NCBI RefSeq assembly: GCF_035084215.1
Contig: NC_090336.1
Span: 33,542,001-33,606,000, forward strand
Direction: 5' to 3'
Source: Heptranchias perlo
Taxonomy: Eukaryota
Length of the DNA stretch: 64,000 bases
The position numbers and the translations under genes were made by a program. Every line of letters begins with the position of its first letter. Positions within the stretch are counted from its first letter, which is position 1. This document shows, piece after piece, positions 1-12,524 of the stretch. The notes under the pieces are model-generated. The model saw only the letters and a program-made list of their open reading frames with translations. It was not told the DNA's origin and ran no database searches.

Positions 1-305
1 CCTTTAGGACTTAACCACATGACCAATGTTCCATCTGCCTATTCAGGTAGATGTGAAAGATCTCGTGACACTATTTGAAGAGCAGTGCAATCTCCTGGTG
101 TCCTGACCAACATTCCTCACTCAATCAAAAATCAGAATAACTGGTCACTCATTGTTTGCTGTTTGTGGGACCTTACAGTGTGCAATTGGCTGCTGTATTT
201 GCCTATATTTAAGCAGTGATTGCAATTAAAGTAGTGAATTGGACATGAAGAGCTCTCAGATGTCCTGAGGATGTGATAAGGTACTAAATAAATGCAAGTT
301 TTTCC
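1..305 (+). mobile_element. Deu-domain SINE (SacSINE1/AmnSINE1-like), 5' part outside window
   Basis: Contains ttgctgtttgtgggacctt..gtgcaattggctgc..cagtgattgcaattaaagta and ends in the L2-type tail gatgtcctgagg..taaataaatgcaagt. Family recognised from memory of the consensus; related copies occur at 1983 and 53325. Confidence 0.75.
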
Positions 306-573
306 TTTACTCTGTTCACTCAGGTGGGTAAAATTCTTATCTCGTGAAAAAAATGACTGCAAACTGTACAAATAAGGACAGCACAGAGACTGAGCACAAG
401 TTATTTTTCCCACCTTTGAAAGTATGACGCACGAAGCTCAATAGATCTTTTGATGAACTGCTCGTGAAAACAGATGCCAGCAGCTATTGTCTGGAGTATT
501 ACTTCTTTGTTGCCGATATTGATTGCCACCCAGAAAAACTATGAAGAAGGATGGTTGTTAACTGATAGATAGT

Positions 574-797
574 GGGTGAATTTCCTCAGGGATTCTCTGC
601 TCCAGTGCTATAATTTCAGTAGAAGTTCAGCAGAAACCTCATTTATGCGTGTAAATGAGGTTTCTGACAAAATTACAGTGGTGGAACGGGAGAACAGAGG
701 AACAACATAGGAACAGGAGTGGGCCATTTAGTCCCTCGAGCCTGTTCCACCATTCAATGAGATCTGTGACCTAAGAGAAGTCTCAAGGAAATTCCTG
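574..797. mobile_element. Palindromic MITE-like element, interrupted at about 700-775 by a CR1 3'-tail fragment
   Basis: Perfect central hairpin cagaaacctcattta/taaatgaggtttctg; outer arms gaatttcct../..aggaaattc and ctataattt/aaattacag. The insert aacataggaacaggagtgggcc matches the CR1 tail at 8826. Confidence 0.6.
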
Positions 798-899
798 GTG
801 ATGATGTTTAATAAGGAAGCACTCAATTTATCTCCTGTATTTCTGTTTGCCTCTTGCACTGCTGATTTAAGAGAAGAGAGTGCCTTGCACTGATGGTGG

Positions 900-1028
900 C
901 ATAGAAGGATATGCTGATAGGGTTAGATGAAGTAGCTGGGTGGAGGCTCTTGTGGAGCATAAACACCGGCATAGACCAGTTGGACCGAATGGCCTGTTTC
1001 TGAGCTGTAAATTCTATGCAATTCTATG
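900..1028 (+). mobile_element. CR1 LINE 3' UTR/tail fragment
   Basis: gaatggcctgtttctgagctgtaaattctatg tail; closely similar to 57640-57771. Confidence 0.7.
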
Positions 1029-1982
1029 TGATACCTTGTATACTAGTGTGTTGCACCATGGAATGGCACTGTGTCCTTTAATGTCCACAAAGCAAGTCCC
1101 TCATCTCGGAAAGGCTACTTAAGGAGGGAGAACCTTCTTTATTTTATTGTGAAACAATTGGTGAAGGACCAAGGCCAGTGGTGCAGGACACTACCCTGGT
1201 TGAAAATAGTAGAAGAGAAGAGAAGAAAAGACAAGATTTAGTTATCAGATGACATAACAATTGAGTTTTAAAGCCTGTAGTTTGCAGGAGAAAGGGAAGA
1301 CCAAAGAAGATAAGGAGCTCCAGTTATGTGGTCCTGGAGAAAATGACCAATCATCATAATAACGCTGATAAAATAGAGAGAGAGATATTGGAGGCTGGAT
1401 GTGACATGTATCTGCTCCAGGAGTATGAGAGCGATGTTCCAGCCTCCTGAGATATGGGAGAAGTAGGTGAGTCACCACAGCTCACACTTGCACACCTCCT
1501 TCTGCTCTCCCTTTTGGGATGGTATTGGCAAATGACTTGGGAACAAGCCTTCATCTTGCCTTCTTAAGCCGGTAATGGTGAAGGGTTCCAGGAGAAACTA
1601 TGGGATGGAGAGGGAAGAATGAAAAGCAAAATGTGGTGGATTCTCTGCGCAGCCCATGATTTTCTGCCTACTCACTTTAACGGATGGAATGCCGAAGCAG
1701 AAAATCTCAGCCATCGTGTCTTTCAGGAAAGTGTAAAGTTAAAAGGTAATTTTCAGAGAGGGGGATAACTATGTTTGACATTTAAAAGAGATTTGATAAT
1801 TTCTTCAAAAAGATTAATATTTAAACTGGGTTGAGTCATAAATTAAAAGTCACAGGATCGCTTAATGAAAGTTTTAATAATTTACTTTAAAATCTTTTGT
1901 ACAACTCCTCCATTATCCACTCAAAGCACAAAAGCCATTTTTTACAACATTAAGGATAAATTGCAACTTAATGTTAAAAAGA

Positions 1983-2990
1983 AAAAGAACTTCTATTTAT
2001 ATAGTCCCTTTCATAACGAATGAATTACTTTTTGAAGTGTAGTCACTGTTTTGTAGGCACACGCGGCAGCCAATTGGCTCACACGGCAGCCAATTGGCTC
2101 ACAGCAAGGTGGCACAAACAGCAAATGAGATAAGTGATGAGCTAATTTGTTTTTGGTGGTGTTGTTGAGGGATAAATGTTGGCCAGAAATTCTCCTGCTC
2201 TTCTTTGAATCGTGCCATGGGATCTTTTACTTCTAACTAAAAGGGGCCTTGGTTTAACATTTCACCCAATGGACAGATCTTCTGACAGTTCAGTCCTTCC
2301 TCAGGACTGTACTGAGGTGTCAGCCTAGATTATTTATTTATTTTTCGTTCATGGGACGGGGGCATCGCTGGCAAGGCCAACATTTATTGCCCATCCCTAA
2401 TTGTCCTTCAGAAGGTGGTGGTGAGCTGACGTCTTGAACCTCTGCAGTCCATGTGGTGAAGGTTCTCCCACAGTGCTGTTAGGCAGGAAGTTCCAGGATT
2501 TTGACCCAGCGACGATGAAGGAACGGCGATATATTTCTAAGTCGAGATGGTGTGTGACTTGGAGGGGAACGTGCAGGTGATGTTGTTCCCATGTGCCTGC
2601 TGCTCTTGTCCTTCTAGGTGATAGAGGTTGCGGATTTGGAGATGCTGTCAAAGAAGCCTTGGCGAGTTGCTGCAGTGCATCCTGTGGATGGTACACACTG
2701 CAGCCACGGTGCACGGGAGATGAAGGGAGTAAATGTTTAGGGTGATGGATGGGGTGCAAATCAAGTGGGCTGCTTTGTCCTGGATGGTGTCGAGCTTCTT
2801 GAGTGTTGTTGGAGCTGCTCTCATCCAGGCAAGTGGAGAGTATTCCATCACACTCCTGACTTGTGCCTTGTAGATGGTGGAAAGGCTTTAGAGAGTCACG
2901 AGGTGAGTCACTCACCGCAGAATACCCAGCCTCTGACCTGCTCTTGTAGCTCAATTCTATACTGAAGCTTGAACCTATGACCTTTGAACG
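1983..2990 (-). mobile_element. Deu-domain SINE split by a LINE insertion (SINE parts 1983-2330 and 2949-2990)
   Basis: Reverse complement of the Deu core and L2-type tail. The head resumes after the LINE with cttgaacc (B-box GGTTCAAG on the minus strand). Internal tandem duplication of cggcagccaattggctcaca. Confidence 0.75.
2331..2950 (-). mobile_element. Non-LTR retrotransposon family B (CR1/Jockey-group, clade uncertain), 3' fragment
   Basis: ORFs 2397-2954 and 2648-2851 encode the same C-terminus as 7900-8595 (MEYSPLAW..WEQHHLHVPLQV..SWN); A-rich tail at 2331-2345. Confidence 0.9.
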
Positions 2991-3894
2991 ATTTGAATGG
3001 TAGACCAGTGGAGCAGTGTGTTAGTGTCCTGGCATGTTGTACCATCAACATGTCCATCATGAGACATTGGCATAGTCATAAGAATAGATTGCCTGTATCT
3101 GAGAATAATGTGTGCTATGAGGGACACAGAAAAAAATGAGAGAGCCCCAAATAATGTACATCGTGGGGAAGGGGGAACAAATTTTCCATATTTTTAACAG
3201 GCCACCTTTGTCAGAATTCCCAGATCAAGATTAGATTCCTTAAGGCCGATTCCCCAGTGTTGCAACTGGGGAGTGGCCCCATGCCAGCAGCACATGTGGT
3301 CCACAGAATCAGTTGGGTAGGCTTCAGCACACTCGGCACTGAACTTCTGAATCCGCGGCCATGCTACTAGCATACGCCGGCTTCGTTAGTACCTGCAAAA
3401 ATATACAACTGTGATACAATTGGCCCCACAATGAATTGTTTGTGCGGTTCTGCAGTGTAGCGCTTGATTTGCTGAGCACCCATATAAAAGTGAGACTGTA
3501 AGTTGTTCCAAAAGTCTACCACTTATAACAAAATTGCCATATTTGTGAGAATTGCACTTGGGTTTTTTGTTTTTGACTTGACAAGCTGAACTACTTGCTT
3601 CTACTGGTTGCCCACAGCTGCAAGCAAAATGGTAAGCATGGACATTCCATTGGCGTTGAAATCAAATCATTGTCCATCTCTTTCCTTGCCATGCCTTAAC
3701 TTGCTGGATTGCCCCTGTGGATGACCAGGGATCTGGGTGGGGCCAGGTGCTTGGCTGCCTCTAAGTCGTGTGAAAACTGCCATCAATGTGCTCACAGTTG
3801 ATCCCCCAGCCTCTGCAAGCAAACAGTGCCTTGCAACAGAGAGACAGGTGTGGCTGCCTGTTAGTCATTGGTTGAATGATAGACTTCACAAAAA

Positions 3895-3991
3895 AGGAAA
3901 ATAGATGTCTTTTTCTCAGGGCAACCTCCTCCAATAAAACCTCCAGACTCTCCTCCTCAAAGGGAACTGTTCTTGGCATCCCTCCAGCCAT
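3895..3991 (-). pseudogene. Relic of a Harbinger-type Myb/SANT-like gene N-terminus
   Basis: MAGGMPRTVPFEEESLEVLLEEVALRKRHLF resembles APRFSDDALEALVEGMDERR (element at 48-52 kb) and RFNDASLQ..VRRRRELF (element at 60 kb). Confidence 0.5.
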
Positions 3992-4069
3992 GTTTAGTCA
4001 GCTTGCAACCAAAAGCAGCTGCATCTCTCTAAGAAGTGCAGCAGTTTGTTAAGAGGAAAACAGGAAGAA

Positions 4070-4358
4070 AAGAGAAATTAGAGCCAGACCTTTCAGGAGC
4101 GAGATTAGAAAACATTTCTACACACAAAAGGTTGTAGAAGTTTGGAACTCTCTTCTTCCGCAAACGGCAATTGATGCTAGCTCAATTGCTAAATTTAAAT
4201 GTGAGATAGATAGATTTTTGGCAACCAAAGGTATTAAGGGATATGGGCCAAAGGCGGGTATATGGAGTTAGATCACAGATCAGCCATGATCTTATCAAAT
4301 GGTGGAGCAGGCATGAGGGGCTGAATGGCCTACTCCTGTTCCTATGTTCCTAGTTCCT
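4070..4358 (+). mobile_element. CR1 LINE 3' fragment
   Basis: Encodes ..RPFRSEIRKHFYTQKVVEVWNSL and ends in the tail ggcctactcctgttcctatgttcct. Confidence 0.9.
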
Positions 4359-4450
4359 AGGAAAAGACCCTCTGGCCCATCCAGCCTGTCACATACGATT
4401 GTGATAACCTGAGTCTCTCAATATATGCATTCTCCATCCTACCCAAAACC

Positions 4451-4570
4451 TAAATCGGTTTAGGTAGTCTCAATCCAACTGCTAGTGTGTATTGATCTAA
4501 AGCAACAAAACTGCTGTTAATTCGATACTAATTACAAATCACATTGATAGGCTAGTATGGCGAGTGGAGG
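4451..4570 (+). mobile_element. LF-SINE-like fragment
   Basis: aaatcggtttaggtagtctcaatccaactgctagt..aaaactgc..tactaatt is similar to the reverse complement of 39790-39870 and to the recalled LF-SINE body. Confidence 0.4.
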
Positions 4571-6323
4571 AAGAGAACCAAACACATAGAAAACGTCACA
4601 AAAAGTGTATTGAATTTGGCTCTGTTTTTGATTTTCTTTTAATTAAAGTACAGAACTGGAAAAGACTCTGCAGTCCATTTGGCCAGTTTCTCTCTCTCTC
4701 TAACTCCTTTTTCTTCCCTCCCCAGTTAAAAAGCCAGATATCTGTCACTTCAGCTTTGCATTATCTTTGTGAGAAAATGAGCATCATTCTAGTTGTAAAT
4801 TAATAAAATGAGCTGTAAGATTAGGTCGGATTGTCTCACTGAATTTTGGTAGCAATTTTACGAGTTTGCAGCCTGGTTGAATTCAATACTTTCTTGCTGC
4901 ATTTTGAAAATTGGGCAGGAAGGAAGACAGTGCCAAATTTTAGAATAACAGGTTTTGCATTGGAGTTCACCTTCTGGTTTAAGGCCCGAGTCTCTGTAGA
5001 TAGCAGGAGGCTGGTAGAAAAGTTATTTTCTCCCCTATTTCCTTGTTCTCATTTAGTCACTCTTCACTCCCAAGTTCTTCCTTTGCTGCTGTCAACTGGC
5101 TGCTCAGAGATGTGTTAGGGGAACCTCACTACAATATGACAGGAATCAAGAGCTCAATGGCAGGAAGAATTGGAGGCACAAACCAACATCCCACTACTCC
5201 ATAATGCTAAACCAGTGTTGCTGCAATTTCCCCCCCACTGTTTCATTATCCCCCATCTAAATTGATTTCAACTGCTTTTCAAGATACATTCAGTTGTTAC
5301 CTAATTCACGCAGTTACCTAACTAATGTGATGGCTGTTATCCAGATCATTTCAATTTCATTTTCATCTTTCAGTTGCCATGTCAAAATGCAGAACAATTT
5401 GTCTTCACCGAATTATAGTGACGTTAGATGGGGTGATTTGCATGCCAAATATAAACTAAATTAACCACTGTTCTTGTTTAACAATCAGTCACTTAATCTG
5501 AATGTTTGATTTGGGAGATGTTGTACACCGTTTAACATTTATAACAATGCAGGTTCTCTGGAACAGAATATTTCATTGTTTTTATACTGTCTTTCAATAA
5601 ACAAGTACAGAATACTAAAGTTTTTCAATAGCTTTATGTGAATGTGTTTTAGCCGATTCCTGTTCTGACCTTTCACGATTGAAGGTTTGAATTAAACCCA
5701 TATGTTTTCTTGTAGCACATAGCTATAGCTACTTGTTATTACATTGCTCAACAGTACATTTCCATAGATATGAGGAACAGTGGAAGGTGTAGAAGGTGAA
5801 TACAGTCGACTGACGTGAAGCTGGATGCTGTGAGAAAGGATAACTTTGGTTCTGTAAATGAGATCAGTGCTACATGGTATGGTCACCCGAGTGTAAACCC
5901 TTGAGCACACTACATGTGCACATTTTTCTAATCATTTACTGACCTGTGAACAATATCTAAATGAATATAATTTGAGTAAATTGTAAAGAGGACTTTCTGC
6001 AATATTTTCCAACTGTTGAAAGTATGTTCATTACATTGAAGCAACTTATCATTGACAAAGTTATCAGATCTTCTAACTTGTATAAATTTTAAAATAAAAC
6101 TTTAAAGATCTAGGTAATGCTGGCCCTGATGTACTATTCTTAACTTGGCAGTATTGGGCAGCGATAGTATAGAGTACAACTATGCAAGTTGATAATCTGC
6201 ACACAGAGGGGATAGTGTTACAACTGTTGAAAGGTACAACAGAATGGTGAGTGCATTTTGTAGTTCTTTTCCAGTTAGAAGTATGCACAAAATTAAATGT
6301 ATTCCATATCTGACAATAGCAAG

Positions 6324-6443
6324 TATATGTAATGTGCTGTCTATGTAAGACAGCACATTACATATATCTGTTAGATATATGTAATGTGCTGTCTTCTTGC
6401 AGCCTTTTGCAAGATGACAGCACATTACATATATCTAACAGAT
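6324..6443. repeat. Double palindrome: four alternating-orientation copies of tatatgtaatgtgctgtc
   Basis: Copies at 6324 (+), 6348-6366 (-), 6376 (+) and 6416-6433 (-). The second hairpin has perfect 28-bp arms at 6366-6393 and 6416-6443. Confidence 0.9.
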
Positions 6444-6588
6444 TTAAGGTTCAAGCACTTCCAGAATTGCAACTTACACCACTAAGCATGTTGAATGCTG
6501 TGTATTAAGATTAGCAGCCTATCCAATCTAAACTGCTTTTATATCAGTCAAACTGAATCACTTATTTGTTGAATACATTGAATACATA

Positions 6589-8657
6589 CCTCATGGCCCG
6601 GCATATTCCTCACTCTATCATTACCAACAAGCCAGGGGATCAACCCTGGTTCAATGAGGAGTGTAGAATAGCATGCCAGGAGCAGCACCAGGCAAACCGA
6701 AAAATGAGGTGCCAACCCGGTGAAGCTATAACTCAGGACGACATGCATGCTAAACAGCAGAAGCAACATGCTATAGACAGAGCTAAGCGATTCCACAACC
6801 AACGGATCAGATCAAAGCTCTGCAGTCCTGCCACATCCAGTCGTGAATGGTGGTGGACAATTAAACAACTAACGGGAGGAGGAGGCTCTGCAAACATCCC
6901 CTTCCTCAATGATGGTGGAGTCCAGCACGTGAGTGCAAAAGACAAGGCTGAAGCGTTTGCAACCAGCTTCAGCCAGAAGTGCCGAGTGGATGATCCATCT
7001 CGGCCTCCTCCTGCTATCCCCACCATACAGAAGCCAGTCTTCAGCCAATTCAATTCACTCCACGTGATATCAAGAAACGGCTGAGTGCACTGGATACAGC
7101 AAAGGCGATGGGCCCCGACAACATCCCGTCTGTAGTACTGAAGACTTGTGCTCCAGAACTAGCCCCGCCTCTAGCCAAGCTGTTCCAGTACAGCCACAAC
7201 ACTGACATCTACCCAACAATGTGGAAAATTGCCCAGGTATGTCCTGTCCACAAAAAGCAGGACAAATCCAATCTGGTCAATTACCGCCCCATCAGTCTAC
7301 TCTCAATCATCAGCAAAGTGATGGAAGGTGTCGTTGACAGTGCTATCAAGCGGCACTTACTCACCAATAACCTGCTCACCGATGCTCAGTTTGGGTTCCG
7401 CCAGGACCACTCGGCTCCAGACCTCATTACAGCCTTGGTCCAAACATGGACAAAAGAGCTGAATTCCAGAGGTGAGGTGAGAGTGACTGCCCTTGACATC
7501 AAGGCAGCATTTGACCGAGTGTGGCACCAAGGAGCCCTAGTAAAATTGAAGTCAATGGGAATCAGAGGGAAAACTCTCCAGTGGCTGGAGTCATACCTAG
7601 CATAAAGGAAGATGGTAGTGGTTGTTGGAGGCCAATCATCTCAGCCCCAGGGCATTGCTGCAGGAGTTCCTCATGGCAGTGTCCTAGGCCCAACCATCTT
7701 CAGCTGCATCATCAATGACCTTCCCTCCATCATAAGGTCAGAAATGGGGATGTTCGCTGATGATTGCACAGTGTTCAGTTCCGTTCGCAACCCCTCAAAT
7801 AATAAAGCAGTCCGAGCCCGCATGCAGCAAGAACTGGACAACATCCAGACTTGGGCTCATAAGTGGCAAGTAACATTCGTGCCAGACAAGTGCTAGGCAA
7901 TGACCATCTCCAACAAGAGAGAGTCTAACCACCTCCCCTTGACATTCAATGGCATTACCATCGCCGAATCCCCCACCATCAACATCTTGGGGGTCACCAT
8001 TGACCAGAAACTTAACTGGACCAGCTATATAAATACTGTGGCTACAAGAACAGGTCAGAGGCTGGGTATTCTCTGGCGAGTGACTCACCTCCTGACTCCC
8101 CAAAGCCTTTCCACCATCTACAAGGCACAAGTCGGGAGTGTGATGGAATACTTTCCACTTGCCTGGATGAGTGCAGCTCCAACAACACTCAAGAAGCTCA
8201 ACACCATCCAGGACAAAGCAGCCCGCTTGATTGGCACCCCATCCACCACCCTAAACATTCACTCCCTTCACCACCGGCGCACCGTGGCTGCAGTGTGCAC
8301 CATCCACAGGATGCACTGCAGCAACTCGCCAAGGCTTCTTCGACAGCACCTCCCAAACCCGCGACCTCTACCATCTGGAAGGACAAGGGCAGCAGGCACA
8401 TGGGAACAACACCACCTGCACGTTCCCCTCCAAGTCATACACCATCCTGACTTGGAAATATATCGCCGTTCCTTCATCGTCGCTGGGTCAAAATCCTGGA
8501 ACTCCCTTCCTAACAGCACTGTGGGAGAACCTTCACCATACGGACTGCAGCGGTTCAAGAAGGCGGCTCACCACCACCTTCTCAAGGGTAATTAGGGATG
8601 GGCAATAAATGCTGACCTCACCAGTGACGCTCACATCCCATGAACGAATAAAAAAAA
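6589..8657 (+). mobile_element. Non-LTR retrotransposon family B, 5'-truncated, with defective reverse transcriptase ORF2
   Basis: RT motifs NYRPISLLS, QFGFR, LDIKAAFDRV, GVPHGSVLGP and MFADD across ORFs 6566-7084, 7108-7605, 7612-7896 and 7900-8595 (one frameshift, two in-frame stops); 3' UTR and poly(A) at about 8650. Confidence 0.95.
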
Positions 8658-9748
8658 TTTTATAACAGTGTTGTTACATTTTTTCATGTACATAGTTGTT
8701 TATATGAAATACCTAACTGGGCGTACAATGTGATCTGACTCACTGAAATACTTATGGAGAATTCCTGTTCCATGCATGCTTCCTGTTATAAGGAACTGAT
8801 CACTTTCCCAGTTCCTAATTGATCTCATAAGAACTTAGGAACATAGGAACAGGAGTAGGCCATTTAGCCCCTCGAGCCTGTTCCACCATTCAAGGAGATC
8901 ATGGCTGATCTGTGACCTAACTCCATATACCTGCCTTAGCCCCATATCCCTTAATATCCTTGGTTAACAAAAATCTATCAATCTCAGATTTAAAATTAAC
9001 AATTGAGCTAGCATCAACTGCTGTTTATGGAAGAGAGTTCCAAATTTCTACCACCCTTTGCGTGTAGAAGTGTTTCCTAACTTCACTCCTGAAAGTCCTG
9101 GCTCTAATTTCTAGACTACGTTCCCTAGTCCTAGACGCCCCAACCAGCGGAAATAGTTTCTCTCTATCTACCCTATCAGTTCTCTTTAATATCTTGAAAA
9201 CTTCGATCAAATTACCCCTTAATCTTCTAAATTCCATGGAATACAACCCTAGTTTGTGTAATCTCTCCTCGTAATTTAACCCTTGGAGTCCAGGTATCAT
9301 TCTAGTGAATCTACGCTGCACTCTCTCCGAGGCCAATATATCCTTCCTAAGGTGCAGTGCCCAGAACTGAACACAGTATTCCAGGTGTGGTCTAACCATG
9401 GCTTTGTATAGCTGTAGTATAACTTCTACCCCCTTGTATTCTCGTCCTCTAAATATAAAGGCCAGCATTTCATTCGCCTTTTTGATTATTTTCTGTACCT
9501 GTCCATGACATTTTAATGATCTATGTACATGGACCCCATAGTCTCTTTGGACCTCCACTGTTTCAAGCTTTCACCATTTAGAAAGTACTCTGATCTATCC
9601 TTTTTAGGTCTAAAGTGGATGACTTCACACTTGCCTACATTGAAATCCATTTGCCATAGTTTTGCCCATTCACTTAATCTATTCATATCGCTCTGTAATT
9701 TTATGCTTCCATTTACATTGCTTACAATGCTGCTTATGTTTGTGTCAT

Positions 9749-10128
9749 AGAGTTAGAGTCATAGAGTTATACAGCACGGATAGAGGCCCTTCGGCCCATC
9801 GTGTCCGCGCCGGCCATCAGCCCTGTCTACTCTAATCCCATATTCCAGCATTTGTTCCGTAGCCTTGTATGCTATGGCATTTCAAGTGCTCATCCAAATG
9901 CTTCTTGAATGTTGTGAGGGTTCCTGCCTCCACAACCCTTTCAGACAGTGAGTTCCAGACTCCAACCACCCTCTGGGTGAAAAAGTTCTTTCTCAAATCC
10001 CCTCTAAACCTCCCGCCTTTTACCTTGAATCTATGTCCCCTTGTTATAGAACCCTCAACGAAGGGAAAAAGCTCCTTAGTATCCATCCTATCTGTGCCCC
10101 TCATAATTTTGTACACCTCAATCATGTC
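9749..10128 (-). mobile_element. Young CR1 3' fragment nested in the older CR1
   Basis: Near-identical to the reverse complement of 38395-38773; (ctctatgac) tail; tgtcat at both junctions (9743-9748, 10125-10130). Confidence 0.92.
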
Positions 10129-10860
10129 ATGGGCAAACTTGGATACATGGCTTTCTATCCCATCATCTAATTCATTAATAAATACAGTGACTAGTTCAGG
10201 CTCCAACACAGATCCCAGTCGGACACCACTGGTCACATCCTGCCAATTTGAGTACCTGCCCCATTATCCCTACTCTCTGTCTCCTGTCGCTCAGCCAATT
10301 TCCTAACCAGGTCAATAATTTGCCCTCAATTTCATGAGCTTCAACTTTAGCTAACAGCCTCTTATTGCATGTATTCTGGAAGTCCATTTAAACAACATCC
10401 ATAGACATTCCCCGGTCCACTGCTTTAGTCACCACTTCAAAAACTTCAATCAGGTTTGTCAGGCATGACCTACCCTTTACAAATCCATGCTGGCTCTCTC
10501 TGATCAGCTGAAAATTTTCAAGGTGTTCAGTCACTCTATCCTTAATTATAGACTCTAGTAATTTCCCCACAACAGATAATAGGCTAACTGGTCTATAATT
10601 CCCTGGTTTCCCTCTCTCTTCTTTCTTAAATAACGGATTGACATGTGCAATTTTCCAATCTAAAGGAACAGCTCCTGAATCGAGAGAACTTTGGAAGATT
10701 ATAGTTAGTTCATCTGCAATGTTCTTGCCTACTTCCTTTAAAACCCTGGGTTGGAAATCATCTGATCCTGGGGATTTGTCACTCTTTAGTGCTGTTAATT
10801 TGCTTACATTAGTTAAGGTGAGTCCCCATCCCTAATCCAAAATTAGTTTCCTTGGGAGTA

Positions 10861-10923
10861 GAGGTTACTTTACTCTAGATTTTTTTGATTTCTGCATTCC
10901 AGACTACTTATATAGGTAAACCC
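10861..10923 (+). repeat. 63-bp direct copy of 12063-12125 inserted within CR1 ORF2
   Basis: gaggttactttactctag..tataggtaaaccc, 62/63 identical to 12063-12125. Confidence 0.95.
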
Positions 10924-12524
10924 ATATCATCTTCCTCTATTGTAAATACTGACGCAAAGTTATTATTTAACGTGTCCTCCATTTCCTTATTTTCATCTAC
11001 AATATCACTATTATCAGTTTTTAAGAGGCCCACGTTACTCTTGACCACTCTCTTTTGCCTAATATAATTATAAAAAAATTTTGTGTTGATTTTGACATCC
11101 CTTGCAAGTTTCTTTTCATACTCCCTTATTGTAGCTGTTGCTATCTGTTTTGTCACCCTTTGCTGTTCTTTGTATCTCTCCCAGTCGCTATGATCTGTTC
11201 TACTTTTTGCATTTTTGTATGCTTTTTCTTTTAGTTTTATGTTGTCTGCTACCTCTTTCATCATCCATAGCTGTTTTTTGGGCAAGTAGAGCTCTTGCCC
11301 CTTAGGATATGTACTGGTTCTGTATTACATTAAATTCTTTTTTAAACACCTCCCACTGATCTTCTCTTGTTTTACCCATTAACAGATTTTCCTAGTTTAC
11401 TGTAGACAGTCTCTGTTTCATTCGTTGAAGTCGGCCTTATCTAAATTTAGAATCTTAGTAGCTGATACAGGTTTCTTCCTTTCAAACACAATGTTGAACT
11501 CGATCATATTATGATCGCTATTAGATAAATTTTCACGCATTGTCAGGCTGTTAACTAGATCTGGCTCATTACTAATTATTAAATCTAATATAGCCTGCCC
11601 CCTTGTTGGTTCTAGGATATATTGTTGCAGAAAGCTGTCCTGAATACACTCAAGAAATTCGTTATCTTTCTGACATGAGCTCGTCTGCTTATCCCAATCT
11701 ATATGAAAGTTAAAATCCCCCATTAAAACCACTCTGCCTTTGCTACATGCTTGTCTAATCTCTGCATGTATACATTCTGCCACTTCACAGCTGCTACCAG
11801 GGAGCCTATACACAACTCCCACTACTGTCTTAAATCCTTTTCTATTTCTTAATTCTACCCATAAAGTCTCCACTGCCTGCTTACCTCTCATTATATCCTC
11901 TCCTATCATTGAAGTAATTTCATTCTTAATCACTAAGGCTACTCTTCCCCCTCTACCAGTTTCCCTATCTCAGAGCTGCTTTATGGAGATAAGTTGGTTT
12001 CAGTACAAAACCTATTTTATTTCACTGCAATTTTCTCTGCCACTCCTATCTTTTATGTTTTTGAGGTTACTTTACTCTAGATTTTTTTGATTTCTGCATT
12101 CCAGACTACATATATAGGTAAACCCGCATTCCGAATAGCCCAGAGAGCTTTTTCACTTGCCCAGGGAATCCTCTTCAGTTTATTTCAGTTATTTATTCTA
12201 CCACTTGATCTCACCTGATCCTCCTTGTCTGCAGAAGGTGGCAGAATAACACTATACTAGATTTTGACTCAGGCTTTGACAGCTAAACACATTTATTAAA
12301 CAACAAAAGAACAGGCAAATAGTAGCAGTAACGCATCATGTATTTTTACAGTAGTTATTAAATATAGTTAGTGCCTTGAGTAGGAGAAAATAATAAACAG
12401 TTTGGACTGCTGTGCTAAACTATGATATAACTAATATTCTTACATAATTGTTCCCACCTACAGAGGCTATCTGGCCTTGCTATCTCTCTTCAAAGACTTA
12501 CGACAGGCTCCCTGGGGGAACACC

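Larger units (their letters stand above)
8826..11970 (-). mobile_element. CR1 LINE, about 2.7 kb of decayed ORF2 (APE endonuclease plus RT), with nested insertions
   Basis: VLMGDFNF..ILDLIISN..NSDHN (endonuclease), SQHGFVKGRSCLTNL (RT), RPHLEYCVQFW..WNSLP (C-terminus); microsatellite tail at 8826-8850. Confidence 0.95.

Noticed and set aside
1284-1472. ttgcag acceptor and strong AG|GTGAGT donor with a 10-bp stem ggaggctgga/tccagcctcc
   Set aside because: No convincing open frame or recognisable product; signals compatible with chance.
5692-5910. 72-aa minus-strand ORF in unique DNA (also 46537-46783)
   Set aside because: No recognisable motif or convincing splice boundaries.
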